Shown: positions 11,299 through 26,451 of the stretch, piece after piece
Position numbering within the stretch: position 1 is the stretch's first letter
Layout of the letters: each line of letters begins with the position of its first letter
Source: Paramecium tetraurelia
Taxonomy: Eukaryota
Assembly (NCBI GenBank): GCA_000165425.1
Contig: CT868540.1
Span: forward strand, 558,001-622,000
Length of the DNA stretch: 64,000 nt
Reading direction: 5' to 3'
Position numbers and translations under genes: made by a program
Notes under the pieces: model-generated
Databases searched by the model: none
Seen by the model: the letters and a program-made list of their open reading frames with translations, nothing else
What the model was told of the DNA's origin: nothing

Positions 11299-14200
11299 AT
11301 GAGTTTAGTAAAATCATTTGAATAGGCCCTAAAATAAAACGATGTTCTATCAAAGGTGTTACCACTATTGAAGTTCATCAATTAGACTATCCCATTTCCA
11401 ATAAAAGCATACCTTTGATTAATGAGCCTAGGATAATTAGATTTTTACTATAATTGCATGTTCTAATTCCGGATACCATAGATATGATTTAAATTTCCCT
11501 ACTAAATATATTCAAACACTCTAAGGAATGGGTTGACGGTTGTTTTAAAGCAATTGAAGAATACGCATAAATTCCAAATCAAGGATAATGGAAAATATGT
11601 TGCCTTGGATTTTTAATGGAAACTGTTTTAACTGAAATCTCAGAACCAGAGTAATATAATAAGTAATTAATATTAGTTTTGATATCGACGATAAGTGTTA
11701 TGCTTTCATAATATTTCTTTAACATGCAGAAAACGAGAAATTAGTAAGGGCTGTCATGAAAAAAGTAGGATAAATCTAGTAACAATTAGGACATAGAATG
11801 AAATCTGCAAACCAACTCAATTAGCTAATTGAAGAAAGTATTTTAAAATAATTGATTAAAGAATAGCTGTATTAAAATTATACCAAGAAGAGGTTTAAAA
11901 GAATTCAGATGAATTTCATTATCAAAATGTTGCCATCGAATTATAAGAGAAGGGCAGCTAAGCAAGGAAGGGATCAAAACCAAAAATGTCATTAATGGCA
12001 ATGAACATCCTTTAATCTTAGACCTTATCTTCTAAAATGTCCTCCAAGTAGTAGCTCATGAATGATCATGTAAATAATAGCAATTCAGATGACTCCATAA
12101 AGGGAGGTGATGTGAACATCGATGAAATTTTAATCTAACACAAACCAAGAATTGATTCAGAGTAAAGTGAATATCTAGCAGACATAGATGCACTATAAAA
12201 CTTGTTTTCTTATATTACTAATCCTGTGGCAACAGAACCTGGATTGATCTTTGCTACAGATACCTTAGCAAACGACATTCAATAGCCTTGTGATGATAAT
12301 CAATACAAATAACATGTAATCAAACCTGATAAATTGACTACTCTTAGATCCTATAAAGCTATGTTATTCCTAACAGATTACCATAATCATCAAATGATCA
12401 TGTAAATCAACTAACATACCATGCAAATTGCTTGTAATTCATCAAATCAATTTTAGTTCGCAGTATCTCTGGATTTTTTCAAAATTCATAATCAAGTGGA
12501 AATCTAACCCATATTATTGGTCTACTCTAATTTTATTTAAAGTATGAATTGAAAGAAACCGTCTATAATTTTCTCTACTTTTAATTTCACCAACAATTTT
12601 TAGATTATCTTTGTAATAATAATTTTTATTCTATTAGATAATTCCCACTATTTAGAATTCCTATTGCGATTTATGGATCCCAATTATTCAAAAATTCCTT
12701 AGGATTTAAGGAATTATATTTGGTAATTCCTAAATCGTTAAGGATATGTTTCCCTTCTTGTAAGTAAAATTACAAATAATGAAAAAGAGGGGGTGTATCA
12801 CAAAAGGAGAGATATTTCAAAAGAAGCATATTAATTTTTAAAACATATCAATGACTATAAATTACAATTAATTCAAGACGATGATTAGGCTGCCATCACT
12901 TATTCAATTAGTAGCAACATAGATCAATACCTGGGTCCATTGATTCCAGGAAAAACATTGATTTAAAATAAGCAACTCCTAGAGAGAAAAATGCTGCTAA
13001 GTTCAAACCTCAGAAGAAGCTCAGACTTATCAAGTTTAGCTAGATAAATCAATAAAGTTATTATTTAAGAATATATTGATTTATCTGAATTAAATCAATC
13101 AGGAAGAGATATAGACAGATTATAGGATGTAGTTTAATTTTATAGGGAAATTAGTACTCCAGCAGAGACTCCAACTCTATATAATGTATACAGACAAGCA
13201 TCAGAAGGGATGAAAAATATGTAATTTGGATAGAGATCATAAAGATCCCAAGTAACAGAACCTCCCTTAAATATTATTTAATTACAAAACTCCATTAAAC
13301 TACCATCTTTAAATATTTAACCTCCAAACATAATAACTGAATTAACTGCAACCAAAAATACTTAACGTAAACAAAAGTCTATGACATTTTCCGAAAACAA
13401 TCCAACCTAATCTGCTAGTAAGAGATCTGATCAACCTTAGTATATGAGTTTAGTCGGTACTAATGGTATTTATTTTATTTATGTTAGATTTTTCAACTGC
13501 AAGGTAAATTAATTTAACCTAAACACCAACTTCTTAGGCTAAACTATTTGTTTATTATCCAAACTAAGATAATAGTGTTGTAGATACAATAATGAAAGAA
13601 GAATATGCAAAATATGAAACTTAAAATGATGAAACAACATCATTAAGAAATAGCAATCTATTAAAGATTATAGTTTAATCTATGCAAAATTTTGAATATC
13701 ATTATGCATTCGATGAACTCCTAGATGATTAGTATATCTTATTAGAAAAACTATTTAATCATTATTCTCTTACACAAACTGCATTGTTTTAAAGTTCATA
13801 TGAAGAAAATAGCTCAAATAATTGTTAGATTATCCTTATTCACCTCATTCAAAGGATTAATAAAAAACCCATGAATGAAAAATTAACCAAACTTTATTTA
13901 ACATATCTACCAAGAATTTGCAGAAATTTAACGAATATGCATAAAATGCAGAATGAAAAAAACAGTAGAGAAGAATGTTTTTCTAATTAAAATCATATTG
14001 GAAGTATAAGAATTTTTAGCACATAAATAATTGACTTAATTTTAAGAAATTTCAAACAGAGAAATCATAGAATTTATTTAAAACTCAATGATACCTCTAC
14101 ATTTAATCTAAATGAATAATTTCATCAATTACCTAATCCTTTTTATTAATAGATATTTTATTCTATTATGAAATAATTATGTTTATTTTCTTAAGAAAAG

Positions 14201-14509
14201 CAAGTTTAAGCTTTATTATTTAAAGCCAATCTATTGGAAGGAATCAGTTAAGCATTTCATAAAAATGTAGTCAACAAAGTAATAGTAAAGTAAGGGAATG
14301 TAGAGGCATACCTACTTCATTTAGCTTTGCTAAGTTAATTAATTATTTTAGTTTATGAATTGAGGGATGATTTATAGAGCTATAAAACTTCTTTATTAAG
14401 ATTGCAATGTTTTCAAAACTTAAAAGAAGTTGTTGAAATGTTTAAAAATAATAAACTGATTTAATATTAATCCTTGGATATTTAAAAATAGCTTCAGAAA
14501 AAAAAATGA
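11299..14509 (+). CDS. Large hypothetical alpha-helical protein (~1000 aa)
   Basis: Continuous code-6 frame after removing small introns (11303-11325, 12520-12542, 12613-12637 and others); TGA 14507-14509. Confidence 0.65.
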
Positions 14510-14957
14510 TTTTATAATTTATTAATTAAGTGCTTTTTAGTTTTTATAAAAATAAATCAAAAATATTCAATTATTACAATTTTAATCAAAATAAGGCTAG
14601 CTTTAATTTTAGTTATTAAGAAAATTAGAATTCCTCCCGATAAAGTAAAAGAACAAGATTATTAATAATAACTCTAAGTTCTTATTATAAAATTATTTAT
14701 CAGACGTCGCACAATTTAAAAGTATGTTGAAAATTCAGATTAAGCGAATTTTTTTTACTATATCTGTTTATTTTTAGACAATCAAAATAGTGTATTTTAT
14801 TAGATCTTGAATTTAGTGATTATTAATAAGCAATTTTATGCAACGATCATATTTTCGATTTCAAAGCTTTGTCACCTTCCCATTATGAAAATATTTCTGC
14901 ATTTCATTATTAATTTTTACTTTGATCATTAATTATTAACGATTTTATTTTGTAAAA

Positions 14958-15893
14958 ATGAGCAAATATTGCCAATAATATATGATTCATTCAACACATA
15001 GTTCTATTCCTTCCAATAGAAATGAACTGAGTTCTTTCCGACGAGTAAATTCTCCTGGACTTCCAAATTCTTCTTTAAGAACTAGTTTCAAAAGTGATAA
15101 TAAAAAATTAGAAATTGGATTAATTACAGATAGAAAACCCAGCTAAAGTCCTGAATTAAACAAAGCCATTTCTCCTGAGAAATAAAAGATCTCTAAAAGA
15201 AATGATAGCATTTTTGAAACATCAGAACCATAGGCACAACCATTTTAGATGGTAGAATTTCTAAATAAAAATTTGAAGATGATCGAAAAGATTGAATCCG
15301 ATAAATTATGCTTGAATATATATATATCTGAGAATGACAAAAATTAAATCGTATTTACAGGGATGAGTAAGGAGAAAGCAGCATCTGAAGAAAATAAAAA
15401 AGAAATATTATAAAACTTATAACAACTTTTTAAATCTGGAATGGAGAGATAAAATGAATATATCAGATTAGAATCTTTAGAATAACAATTCAATTTAGAG
15501 AATCATAAGTATTATGGAATAAATACTAAAAATGTTGCCAGTTCAAACAAGAGAATTGCAACCTAAATAAATGATAATAAATCGATATTTGATAGATCTT
15601 TATCAATTTCAAGTATAAAAGATTTGAAATCTTATTCATCTAATAAAATACAAAAAGACATTGAAATAATAGAACAAGGAATTATGAAATACAAAATGCA
15701 ATAGAAAACAAAGTCAAAATAATAGCAGCCTTTTGGATAACATAATTGTACTAATACACTCAAATCTAAAAGCTCTGTTTGTAAAAGTCCTTTATTAAGA
15801 ACTGCTGCTTCACCTTCTTGTAAATCCTAAAGAAAAACTGATTCAAGAGTAACAAATAAAGCCAAAATTAATACCAAATCCATGCATGCTTGA
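14958..15893 (+). CDS. Hypothetical Ser/Gln/Lys-rich protein
   Basis: Intronless 312-codon code-6 ORF MSKYCQQYMIHS...SMHA*. Confidence 0.7.
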
Positions 15894-15972
15894 CAAACAA
15901 AAATCAATTGTGATTATCTTTAAAAATATGTTCTATAATTATTATATTTTATTATATATAATATTATATTTG

Positions 15973-16671
15973 ATGTTTTTGTTTACTAGCGATTGCTCCT
16001 CAATGGGCTGTGAACAATAGCAACCGACATTCGATACTAATCTTTCATTAGGTTTCCCAGAACATTCAAATTCAAAAACTAGAAATTTTTAAGCAATATC
16101 AGAACATTTTGGGTGTTTAGGACTCAAAGAAATGAGTAAAACTGTTTGTGAAATCATAAAAAACCAAAAAAAAACAAATTTATAATTAATTTTATCAGAA
16201 ATTAAGAAATTACATCCATAAAGTGTAATATTTATATTATTTTTATTAGACAAATACTGTAAATCAATCTAGAAGGGTTTACGATTGTTTAAATGTTATG
16301 ATGGCGATGGGAATAATAAAGAAATCTGATAAAGCATACGAATTCATTGAGAACTCAAATAATCTTCAGAGTTAAGAAATAAGAAGATAAATTGATAACT
16401 TATCAATGGTAAAATTTCTTATTGAGTAAAATTTATAAGAGAAGAAAAAGGTGTTCTCTCATTTAACCAAAAGATAAGCCAAATTAGATAAATTAGTTAA
16501 TAGGAATCAGAATTTAGATGTAGAAGAACAAGAATAGATCTTCCAGTTTCCATTGTTAGTCCTAAAAACTCAAATCCAAGACAATATATAGGTAGGATAT
16601 AATGAGTAAGAAGTATTAGTTTAATCATAAAACATCATAAATATTTAGTAAGACTTAGACGTGATAATTGA
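15973..16671 (+). CDS. Hypothetical protein
   Basis: ORF from ATG 15973 or 16003 with one small intron near 16224; ends VRLRRDN*. Confidence 0.6.
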
Positions 16672-16711
16672 GTTGAATTTTGATGATTGATTACAAAATT
16701 GATCTTTATTA

Positions 16712-17848
<1,137 letters not shown>

Positions 17849-17864
17849 ATTATTTATTTTAATT

Positions 17865-18848
17865 ATGGAAGCATATAGTAAATTCGATTTTGATGGAAAT
17901 GAAAGCTTTTAGCAATATCTACTAAATGTATATCCGTTGCCTCCAAATCTAGATAAAATTAAACGCAAATGGTATAAAAAATTTATCGACCCAGAGTTTG
18001 ATATCAATACAGAATCTCAAAATCCTAATTCAAACCCCTAATCATAAACATAAGAAAATCAAAAGCCTTAAAAATAAGAAAATAATTAGTAATCATAGTA
18101 ATCATAATAATAGTAGTAATAATAGTAATAATAACAATAACAATAATAATAATAACAATAATAATAATAATAGTAATAAAATAATTATCGATAATAATTA
18201 CCTTCAATCCCAATTTTAACAGTAATAGAAGGAATTCTAAAAGTGATTTATTTTCCAGCATTATTGCTTTTGATTTCCCCTTAATTGCACAAATTTTTAA
18301 ATTTTGGATCTATCCTTATTTGTTTGCTCGCTATTTATAGATTATAAGGAATACCTAAAAACAATTACAAAGAATATATTTTCAAAATAATGTAACTTGA
18401 ATTCACCTCTAATATTTTCTTTGTTGTTTCATTATTTACAATTGATAGTTTTGCATTTTAAATGCCAATTGCATTACATTTTTTGGTCGGAGCTGCCGAG
18501 TTTTGGATATAAATCAATCGGGAATAAGGAATGTCATTGAAAATGGCATAATATATCCAATATCATAGAAATGAGATAATCCTTACAAAATAAAAAGTTG
18601 AAATTTACTTATTCCTCTATTGCTTATTTGGAATATTCTTAAAAAAAACATCCATTTTTCAAACCTTTGTTATTTTCTAAAATATATTACTCAAAACTAA
18701 ATTTAATAAAAACATGAGAAATGCTTAAGCATACATTAGAGTGTGGTATGCAGATAAATTGAGTGAAAATAGATCAATACCTGAGGGTTTACGTAAAATT
18801 CTTAGTTTAATTTGGAAAGGATATGAAAAGTTATTAAACCTTTTCTGA
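17865..18848 (+). CDS. TMEM33: TMEM33/Pom33-family ER/nuclear-envelope membrane protein with N-terminal helical domain and poly-Q linker
   Basis: FDFDGNESFQQYL...KRKWYKKFID, poly-Q, hydrophobic helices, QKVEIYLFLYCLF, C-terminal amphipathic region. Confidence 0.6.
18088..18186 (+). repeat. TAA/TAG/CAA trinucleotide tract encoding poly-glutamine
   Basis: Run of taa/tag/caa codons inside the TMEM33-like CDS. Confidence 0.85.
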
Positions 18849-19706
18849 GTGATTTATATAAAGTTATACGATATCAGTCATTACATCTTGTTTAAATGTA
18901 TCCATAATATTTTCTAGTTTAATAATATTCTAAACTTATTGTTATTTGGATAATTTTAAATTATCTGAATTCCGTTGTCAAAAAATTGATTTCAAAAAAA
19001 GAATTATTATATTTTAATAATTCTATCCTATAGTCAATCTAAAATTGACTAGTAATAAAATTTAAGAAAAACATGTTTTTGAAGGTAAATTTTGCACATT
19101 TAATAAATGATACTAATGCTATCTTATTTATTTAATCCAATAAATTATTTAATGTTTAAAGTAAAAACTTTTTCTTCTTGCACAACAAAATTTAAAAAGA
19201 TATAGAGCAGGTGAGAAATGGACATATTTTTATTCCTTCTGATAAAACTTTTTGCAAGATCTATAATTAATATTAAACCTAATGAGGAAAATTGGAGTTT
19301 GGGGCATATTTAATCACTTAAAAATATTTTTTAGAAAATTTATTATACTTATCATTCTCTGAAATTCTGAAATTAGTCAATTGTCCAAAAGTTTATACCT
19401 CTTTTTAATTTATCAGAAACATTTTTTTTGATACTTTTGATTTAGTTTTTGAGATAATGCTAAAATGATGTATCAGATTTAGGCTAATTTTTTGAATTTA
19501 AATCTAAAACACTGAATTTTATAAAAAACATCTTAAAAACAAAGTCTAATTTTCTTTATTAAATATAAAAAAAAGACATCTTTTTTTCATTATTTTTATT
19601 GTTATCGGAGAAAATAAAGCAACCAACATCAGAAATTAAAATTTAGTTTATTCATGATACATTAACTCAAAACAATAAAAATAATCTAAAATAATTTAAA
19701 TAATTA

Positions 19707-21047
19707 ATGCTTATCTTTTTTTTTCAATAACTCCAATGCTGCTTCTAACTCTAATTATAATTTGTTTAAGATGAGAGGGCAAAATGTTTAGATGGTACAT
19801 TAGGAGTAATTTTCGTAAATATTTATAGTCTTATTACTTTTAATAAGGATTTGAAAGTGGTTAGAATAAGTTTATCATTTATTTTGAGGGAGGAGAGTAA
19901 GTATGCTTTAATAATAAAGGTTTATTTTAGGTAATACTGAAGAATAATTTCTAATGAATGCGGTTGAAAAGTTTAAATATGAATTTAATTAAGGACTAAA
20001 ACTTAGCAAGGAAGTTCATTAAATAGAGCAAGTGCTTTTGAGTTTGATGGAGTATTTTCTAAGGATAAAATAAAAAATTACTATTTCCACAATTGGAATC
20101 TAATCCATATCAATTATTGTGATGGTGTTGGTATTTTTCATCTTTTATAATTTTAGGCTTCTAAGGGTATAAATCTGATTAGGTTATTTACTAATCAAAT
20201 GTATTGTATTTTAGAGGTGAATTAATAATAAGAAGCATTTTTGACCATTTTATAACGAAATTTTAAAAAGCTGAAATAGTAATATTATCAGGTTGTTCAG
20301 TTGGAGGGGTTGCAGCCCTGTAATGGGAATAGTACTTTAGTTCATTGATTCCAGAAAAGATCTCGATATTATGTGTTGCTGACTCAAGTATTTTATATGA
20401 TATGCAATCAATGAATGGATTTAATTTATTGTAGTAATCGTTAAAGATAATGAATTATATTGCTAATAATGAGACCTAAGTCCCTCAAAAGAATTGTGCA
20501 TCTGATTTTCCAAATCAGATTTGGAAATGTTTTTATTTCTAAAATTTAATGCATTATATTTAACAACCAGTATTTATTATCTAGCCCTTTTATGATATAA
20601 GTTTTCTATATAAGTATCTTGAAATAAAATGTATATAAGACTTAACACTAAACAACTGTTAGAAAAATGAAATGGATTTTATTGATCATGTTTTCTAAAC
20701 ATTTCGCCAAGTGATTAAAGAATCGTTAACTAACAATTCTAATACAGGGTCTTTTGCTCCCAGTTGTATTGCAGATTGGTATTTCTAAAGATAAAACTAG
20801 CTTATTTATAAGTTAGTTATCATTTTCCCCTAATTGGACAATCCCTGAGAGTTCAAATAGGACAGTTTATCAAACTTTAGTAAAATGGGTAGAGAATCAA
20901 AAATACAATTCTTATTGTTAAATTGATTTTGGATTGATGGATTAATAACCATGGCCCAAGAATTCTGGCTGTGCTGAAATATCATCTTCAATAAACTTAA
21001 TTAAATTGATAAATATGATTTTATGGATTATTATTATTTTATTATGA
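19707..21047 (+). CDS. Pectin acetylesterase/Notum-family hydrolase, probably secreted and GPI-anchored
   Basis: AKCLDGT, FIIYFEGG, NWNLIHINYCDG, LYFRG, SGCSVGG nucleophile elbow, GSFAPSCIA; hydrophobic C-terminal tail. Confidence 0.88.
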
Positions 21048-21181
21048 ATAAAATGAGGTTTCTCAATTAGTAGGCTTTAATTTTCATTTGAATGTAATAA
21101 AAAATCTTTATCATGATATGAAAAATTTTTAATTTATTTATACAAAATCAATTATTTTACTTAATATAAAAAAATAGTTGT

Positions 21182-22540
21182 TCATCTTCTTTTATTGATG
21201 GCTTAAGAATTTTAATGAAGATTTGAAGTTTGTTACATAAACCATTATTTCTCTCTTTCGTAACTGTCCTCTCTATAACGATTTGGTGTTCTGGTCTTTT
21301 GTTACTATTAGTTCTTTCTCTATTACAATTGATTATGGCTATTCTCACGAAAATCCTTCTAATTATTTTTATGATAAGATTATGTATCATAATAATCCTA
21401 TCCTTTTTAATGCTAATAATTTCTATTGTTTTAAAGATTGTAATTTTGGTCCTAACCATACTAATACTTATCCTAATTAATTTCATTTGGTCTTTGCATT
21501 CTGCTCACAGCTGCAATTGGATTGATTTTGGATGATCTCTCATTTTGATTTTATCTATAATATTGTTCTGTTTGCGGTATTCTTATATCGACTTATTATT
21601 AGAAAATATCATCATTAGGGAGTCTGCTCTTCAATTCGTCCAGATATTGCAATCTTTATTGGTATTGCTATTACTTTTGAACTGGATAATCTTGATGTAA
21701 TCGCTAAGTAGATTAACTTTAATAGGAAGCACATTATTTGGATTATTAAAATTCTCTTTAAGAATGACTCTCATTTGGATCATTATATTATTGTCTAGTT
21801 GAATTTGAGACGTATTTTTGAGGGTTTTGGCTGACTGGCTCTTGTGTAAAATGTTAAGAATAGGGGAATTGCTGCTATTTTGGTTAATTTTATGATTGCT
21901 AATATATCTATTGCTATTCTTAAATTAATCCAAATGAAGGGTTTTCATAAAGACTTTAATTTGCTTTCTAGTATTTTTGTATTTAATTTTATGACTATTT
22001 ATTTTAACCTAATTGCTACTATTCTTATTGATCGAATTAATCCCTGGAATATAGTTTTGGTGATAAAATCGACTTAAATTAGTGATTTTAGTTATAATAA
22101 TAATTTTTGACTTCTTGATACCTATCTCTTTATTCGTTGTTGTAATACTAAGAAATTGGTTCGTTTTACTTTTACTAATTTTAATTTTGGTTATCTCTTT
22201 ATTATTCATTATTTTAACAATTATCCTGAAGTTTATTTGGTTAATCTAAATATGTTATTATAGATCGACTGCAAACCTAATCTAAAGCAGCTCTATTATA
22301 ATAAGGATTGTTAGAAAATGGATCCTCATTTTTACTATTTCCTTTATAACAATATCGATTATTAGTATCTTGAACTTCGTTTTCCAAATAAGCCTATTTT
22401 CTTTTTGGAATTTGCACGTAATTTTCAAGATCCCTAGGTTCGTCATTATAGACAGGTTTATTAGTTTTTTGATAATTATTAGCATTAGCTCTATTATGAT
22501 AATCACTTTTCGAGAGTGGCTATTCTCTGTAATTAGCCAT
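21182..22540 (-). CDS. Low-complexity N/Q/R/D/Y-rich hypothetical protein
   Basis: Intronless 453-codon code-6 ORF MANYREQPLSKSDY...AINKRR*. Confidence 0.75.
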
Positions 22541-22806
22541 ATTTTTGAAAAAGATAATTTAAAAAAATAATCTGTTAAAGTATTAACAGTTAATAAATTA
22601 TCAATATAAACTTAGGAGTTTCTGCTAATCTCTATGAATTAGTTACCCATAATAAACTGTTTCGATATATTTATAGACTCTGTTTCAATCAATGACCTAT
22701 ATTAGAACTCAACTTAAGTTGTTATCTCATTTGGATTAACCTAGATCTTTAACTAAAATCACTTTAAAATTTATAATTTGATATAATAAAAAATATATTT
22801 TATTTT

Positions 22807-23752
22807 TCACTTAGAGAAAAATTTCTTAATGGGATTCCAAATGGAAGTTTTTATTATTTTATTGTGAGGTTCTAGATGATCTAAAATATTTTTGTTATTT
22901 AGTTGAATTTTACAACAATGACAATATATTTTATCAGAGCACTTTTCACTATTACATATTAATAAATTGCCTTCTATTTTACTTTTTAATGGGTTCACAT
23001 TTAAACAAATAGGACAAGGAATAGCATTTTCAGGCAATTTATCTACTTCAACCCATTTTCCATTTAATTTTAGATTGCATTATCCATCAAAAGAATTCCC
23101 ATTATAAAAATGACTAGCTGATTCACATTGTTTTAAGGGTTCTCCACATCTGAAACAGAAGTATTTTTTGGATTTACAAGTTTTCGATTTACATGTCATA
23201 AAATTACAACCTCCAGTCTTTTCTACAACTATGAGACAATGTGGGCAAATTTATTGCATTTTAGATTGTTTAACTGTATCCAAAAATAGTATTCTAGTTT
23301 TAGATAGTTGGTTCAATCTTAATGCTTGCATACATTTTAAACCATCATGTTTCTTCAACTTGCATTTTAAGCAATACTATAATTTGCAATTTGGACATAC
23401 AAAAGTATCTCGTGATATTGATATTTAAGATACCTGCATCCTTCCATATTATAAAATTTGAATTACAATCGATATTAAAACAAGAAATCATTCTCTCATT
23501 CTGGTTTTATCCAAATATGACACCTTATTTTAAATATTGATCATATTGTGTTTAAAAGTCTTCAATAAATAAAGATGCCGTTTTTTCAGTTAATTTTCTT
23601 CTACATTCATCAAGAGGACAACTAAAATTATCAAGATTAAATTCTCCTTTATTAAAAAACATTTTATTTAAACAAGACTTGCAATAAAGATGTCCGCATT
23701 CTATTTTCACAATATCTTCAGCTTAGGAGCAAATCTCACAATTTTAAATCAT
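22807..23752 (-). CDS. RBR (RING1-IBR-RING2) E3 ubiquitin ligase
   Basis: CEIC...CGHLYCKSC...CPLDEC; IBR CPNCKLQYCLKC..H; RING2 CPHCLIVVEKTGGCNFMTC...FCFRCG; one 25-nt intron. Confidence 0.9.
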
Positions 23753-24452
23753 TGTTTTTAAAATAATATTTACTTTCTAAGTATAATTCTATTATATATA
23801 AATATATTGTTAATGTTGTTTTATATAAAATAATTAAAGTGTAGTGAAATGATTTCTCTTGAAATTGTAATTGAGGAAAAATGATCATCTTGTAATTTAA
23901 TTAATTTGCACTTCACAAGAACAATTTGCCATATATTTAAACAATTTTATCGAATTTTTGAATATCTTAAACTAAGTCAGATGATATCACTTAGTAAAGT
24001 ATTTGATACCATTTATATATGTAATTTATTGAAACTAATTGAGAATTAGAATTGGAATTAGAATAAGTAATGTAAACCCAACTCAAAAATTGTTGTTTAT
24101 ATTTGGTTTAAGAATGAACTAACTTCTAATATAATTGAAACATTTAAATGTCATTCAAAATCCTATAGGATCCTCATGATCGAACATACAACTATTTATT
24201 TATGGAACTAATAAAACTCTAATAAATTTATGATTAATTGTCATTCCTGATGTATGATATTTTTACTAAATATATAAAAATGGTTAGGTCGAAGAGTTAA
24301 AGCTAAATCATAAAATAACAACATATTATCTTGAAATATAATTGATTCTTAGGTAGCAGTACTAGATGTTAAGCTATCTAGAGTAGATGGCCAAATAACT
24401 TCTGTAAAAGACTTAGCTTTTGTTATTTGAAATAATATTAAATATAATATTT

Positions 24453-25690
24453 ATGGATCATTTCTAATCATTTGAAAACAATAATTTACCTGAGGGCAAT
24501 CCAATAACATTAGAATAAAATAAAATTCAACTTGGATAATTAAGTAAATCTTCAAGAAGAGCATGGGCATAACAAGAAGATGAATAATTGAGACAAGCAA
24601 TAAAATTACATGGCACTAATTGGTTAGTTGTTGCATCAGCTTTGACAAATAGAAATCCTTCTCAGTGTGCTCAAAGATGGAAAAGAATAAAACCAAATAA
24701 CGTAAATTATAATATTACACCAGTTATTTAGTAAAAGACAATCATGGACGCAAAAAGAAGATAATCTATTGTTAACATTAGTAGAATTACATAACAAAAA
24801 TTGGGTTTAAATTGCCAAAAAGATACCAAACAGAACAAGTAAACAAGTTAGAGAAAGATTTATAAACAATTTAAATCCAGAAATCAATCAAGAACCATTC
24901 ACAGATGCAGAAGACAAGATGATTATAGATGGCTTTAAGAGTTTTGGGTCTCAATGGTGTAAAATCTCCAAGCTGCTTCAAGGGAGACCGGTATCAAATT
25001 TCAATATTTAGGAAAATGTTATCAAAAATAGATTCTATTCTTATCTACGAAAGCAATATTTGAAAATAGATAATCCATACTATGTAATTCCTAAGCAAAA
25101 TTAAGATATCTCTCATTCAATCATTTCAAATTAAAGGTGCAAACAAAGCAAGAAAAAGAAGTCAAATAAAAAAGTATACATATATTATAAATATTTTTTA
25201 AGTTCTCACAATAAATAGAAAATATAGAGGACAACAATGAATAGAAGAGAATAAAAAAGTAATGTATTAATAAACACAATAACATATCCAAAAAATCTTA
25301 TAAAAAAATTGATAAAAGGTTCTCTTAAGCGTCAAAAGTTGAACAATATTAAGAATACAATAGTGATCATAAAAATTAGCGAATAACTAGAGGGTTTTTA
25401 AATGAATCCTTTGAAATTGTTAAAGAAGAAGAATAATAAGAAAACTATTATTATCATCCAATCCTGCATTAGGATAATTTTGAACAACTGCCAGCTAATT
25501 ATTATTCAAGTTCTTGTACTTTAAATGCGGTACAACCTTATGAATAATATATTGCTACCCACCTTAGTTTGGAACACCTTATATTCCACCATATGTTATG
25601 ACTAATCCAATGATATAATATGGTGTTGCAAACTAAGATACATTACTATAAAGGTCTCAGTAAGCCTAAAAGAACCATTCAAATCAATGA
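24453..25690 (+). CDS. Three-repeat Myb transcription factor
   Basis: WAQQEDEQL..HGTNW..RNPSQCAQRW; WTQKEDNLL..RTSKQVRERFINNLNP; FTDAEDKMII..GSQWCKISKLLQGRPENVIKNRFYS. Confidence 0.92.
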
Positions 25691-26451
25691 TCTTTAATAA
25701 TAATTCAAATAATTATAATTAAATATTAATTTAATAAAAATGGTTAGGACATAACTCTTGGATTTTAATCTTTAATATTTTATATTTTAAATTCTAATAA
25801 AATTAATAACCAAAATTACGTTACTTTTATTCCTTATCTTATTCACAAATTTTTTTGTTAAAATTTTAGTTATTTAATTAAATTATCAAACCGTTTAAAA
25901 CTCTTTATAACCTACAACTCCCCTTTCATTTAAATATAACATCTAGTGAGTCTCTCTAATTTTCTTTCCTTAGATCTAACGATTTACCAGAAAAATCTTA
26001 TACCTTTATTAGAAATAGATATTTGTCTTAATAAATGAGAATTCCATCCTTATCAATATTAGCACTTTTAATTCATATATGCATAAGCATGTAAATCAGA
26101 GTATTTGAATATATTTATTTAGATGCTTATAATATAATTCTGAATTCATTTAATAACTTGATAGTTGCGTTGAGAGAGAAAGTCATAAAGTTTCAATAAA
26201 ATTGCATTCATCAAATTATCGATTAAACCACTAGCAAACTTTTGAAATAAATAATTAAAAACTTTCTTAATTTGCTTGATGAAAATGAATGAGCCATTAT
26301 TATATTTGTGACTGCTCTTAATTCATATAAAAGTGATATTAATTATTATTCACAACATAATTTTAACACGAAATTAAGATTATTTATTATCTATAATTCA
26401 ATGATTGTAAAATGATAAAATTATATTGAAAAAAAATAATTTATATATTTA

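Noticed and set aside
12550..12675. Apparent gene boundary (TGA 12552, ATG 12673)
   Set aside because: Two small introns (12520-12542, 12613-12637) join both parts into one frame
17998..18261. ORF-track poly-Asn and poly-Ile proteins
   Set aside because: Off-frame and antisense readings of the poly-Gln (TAA/TAG/CAA) tract in the TMEM33-like gene
18849..19706. Long AT-rich spacers (also 35603-36432, 51276-52222) as IES, transposon or ncRNA
   Set aside because: No terminal inverted repeats, transposase motifs, telomeric repeats or RNA-gene signatures visible
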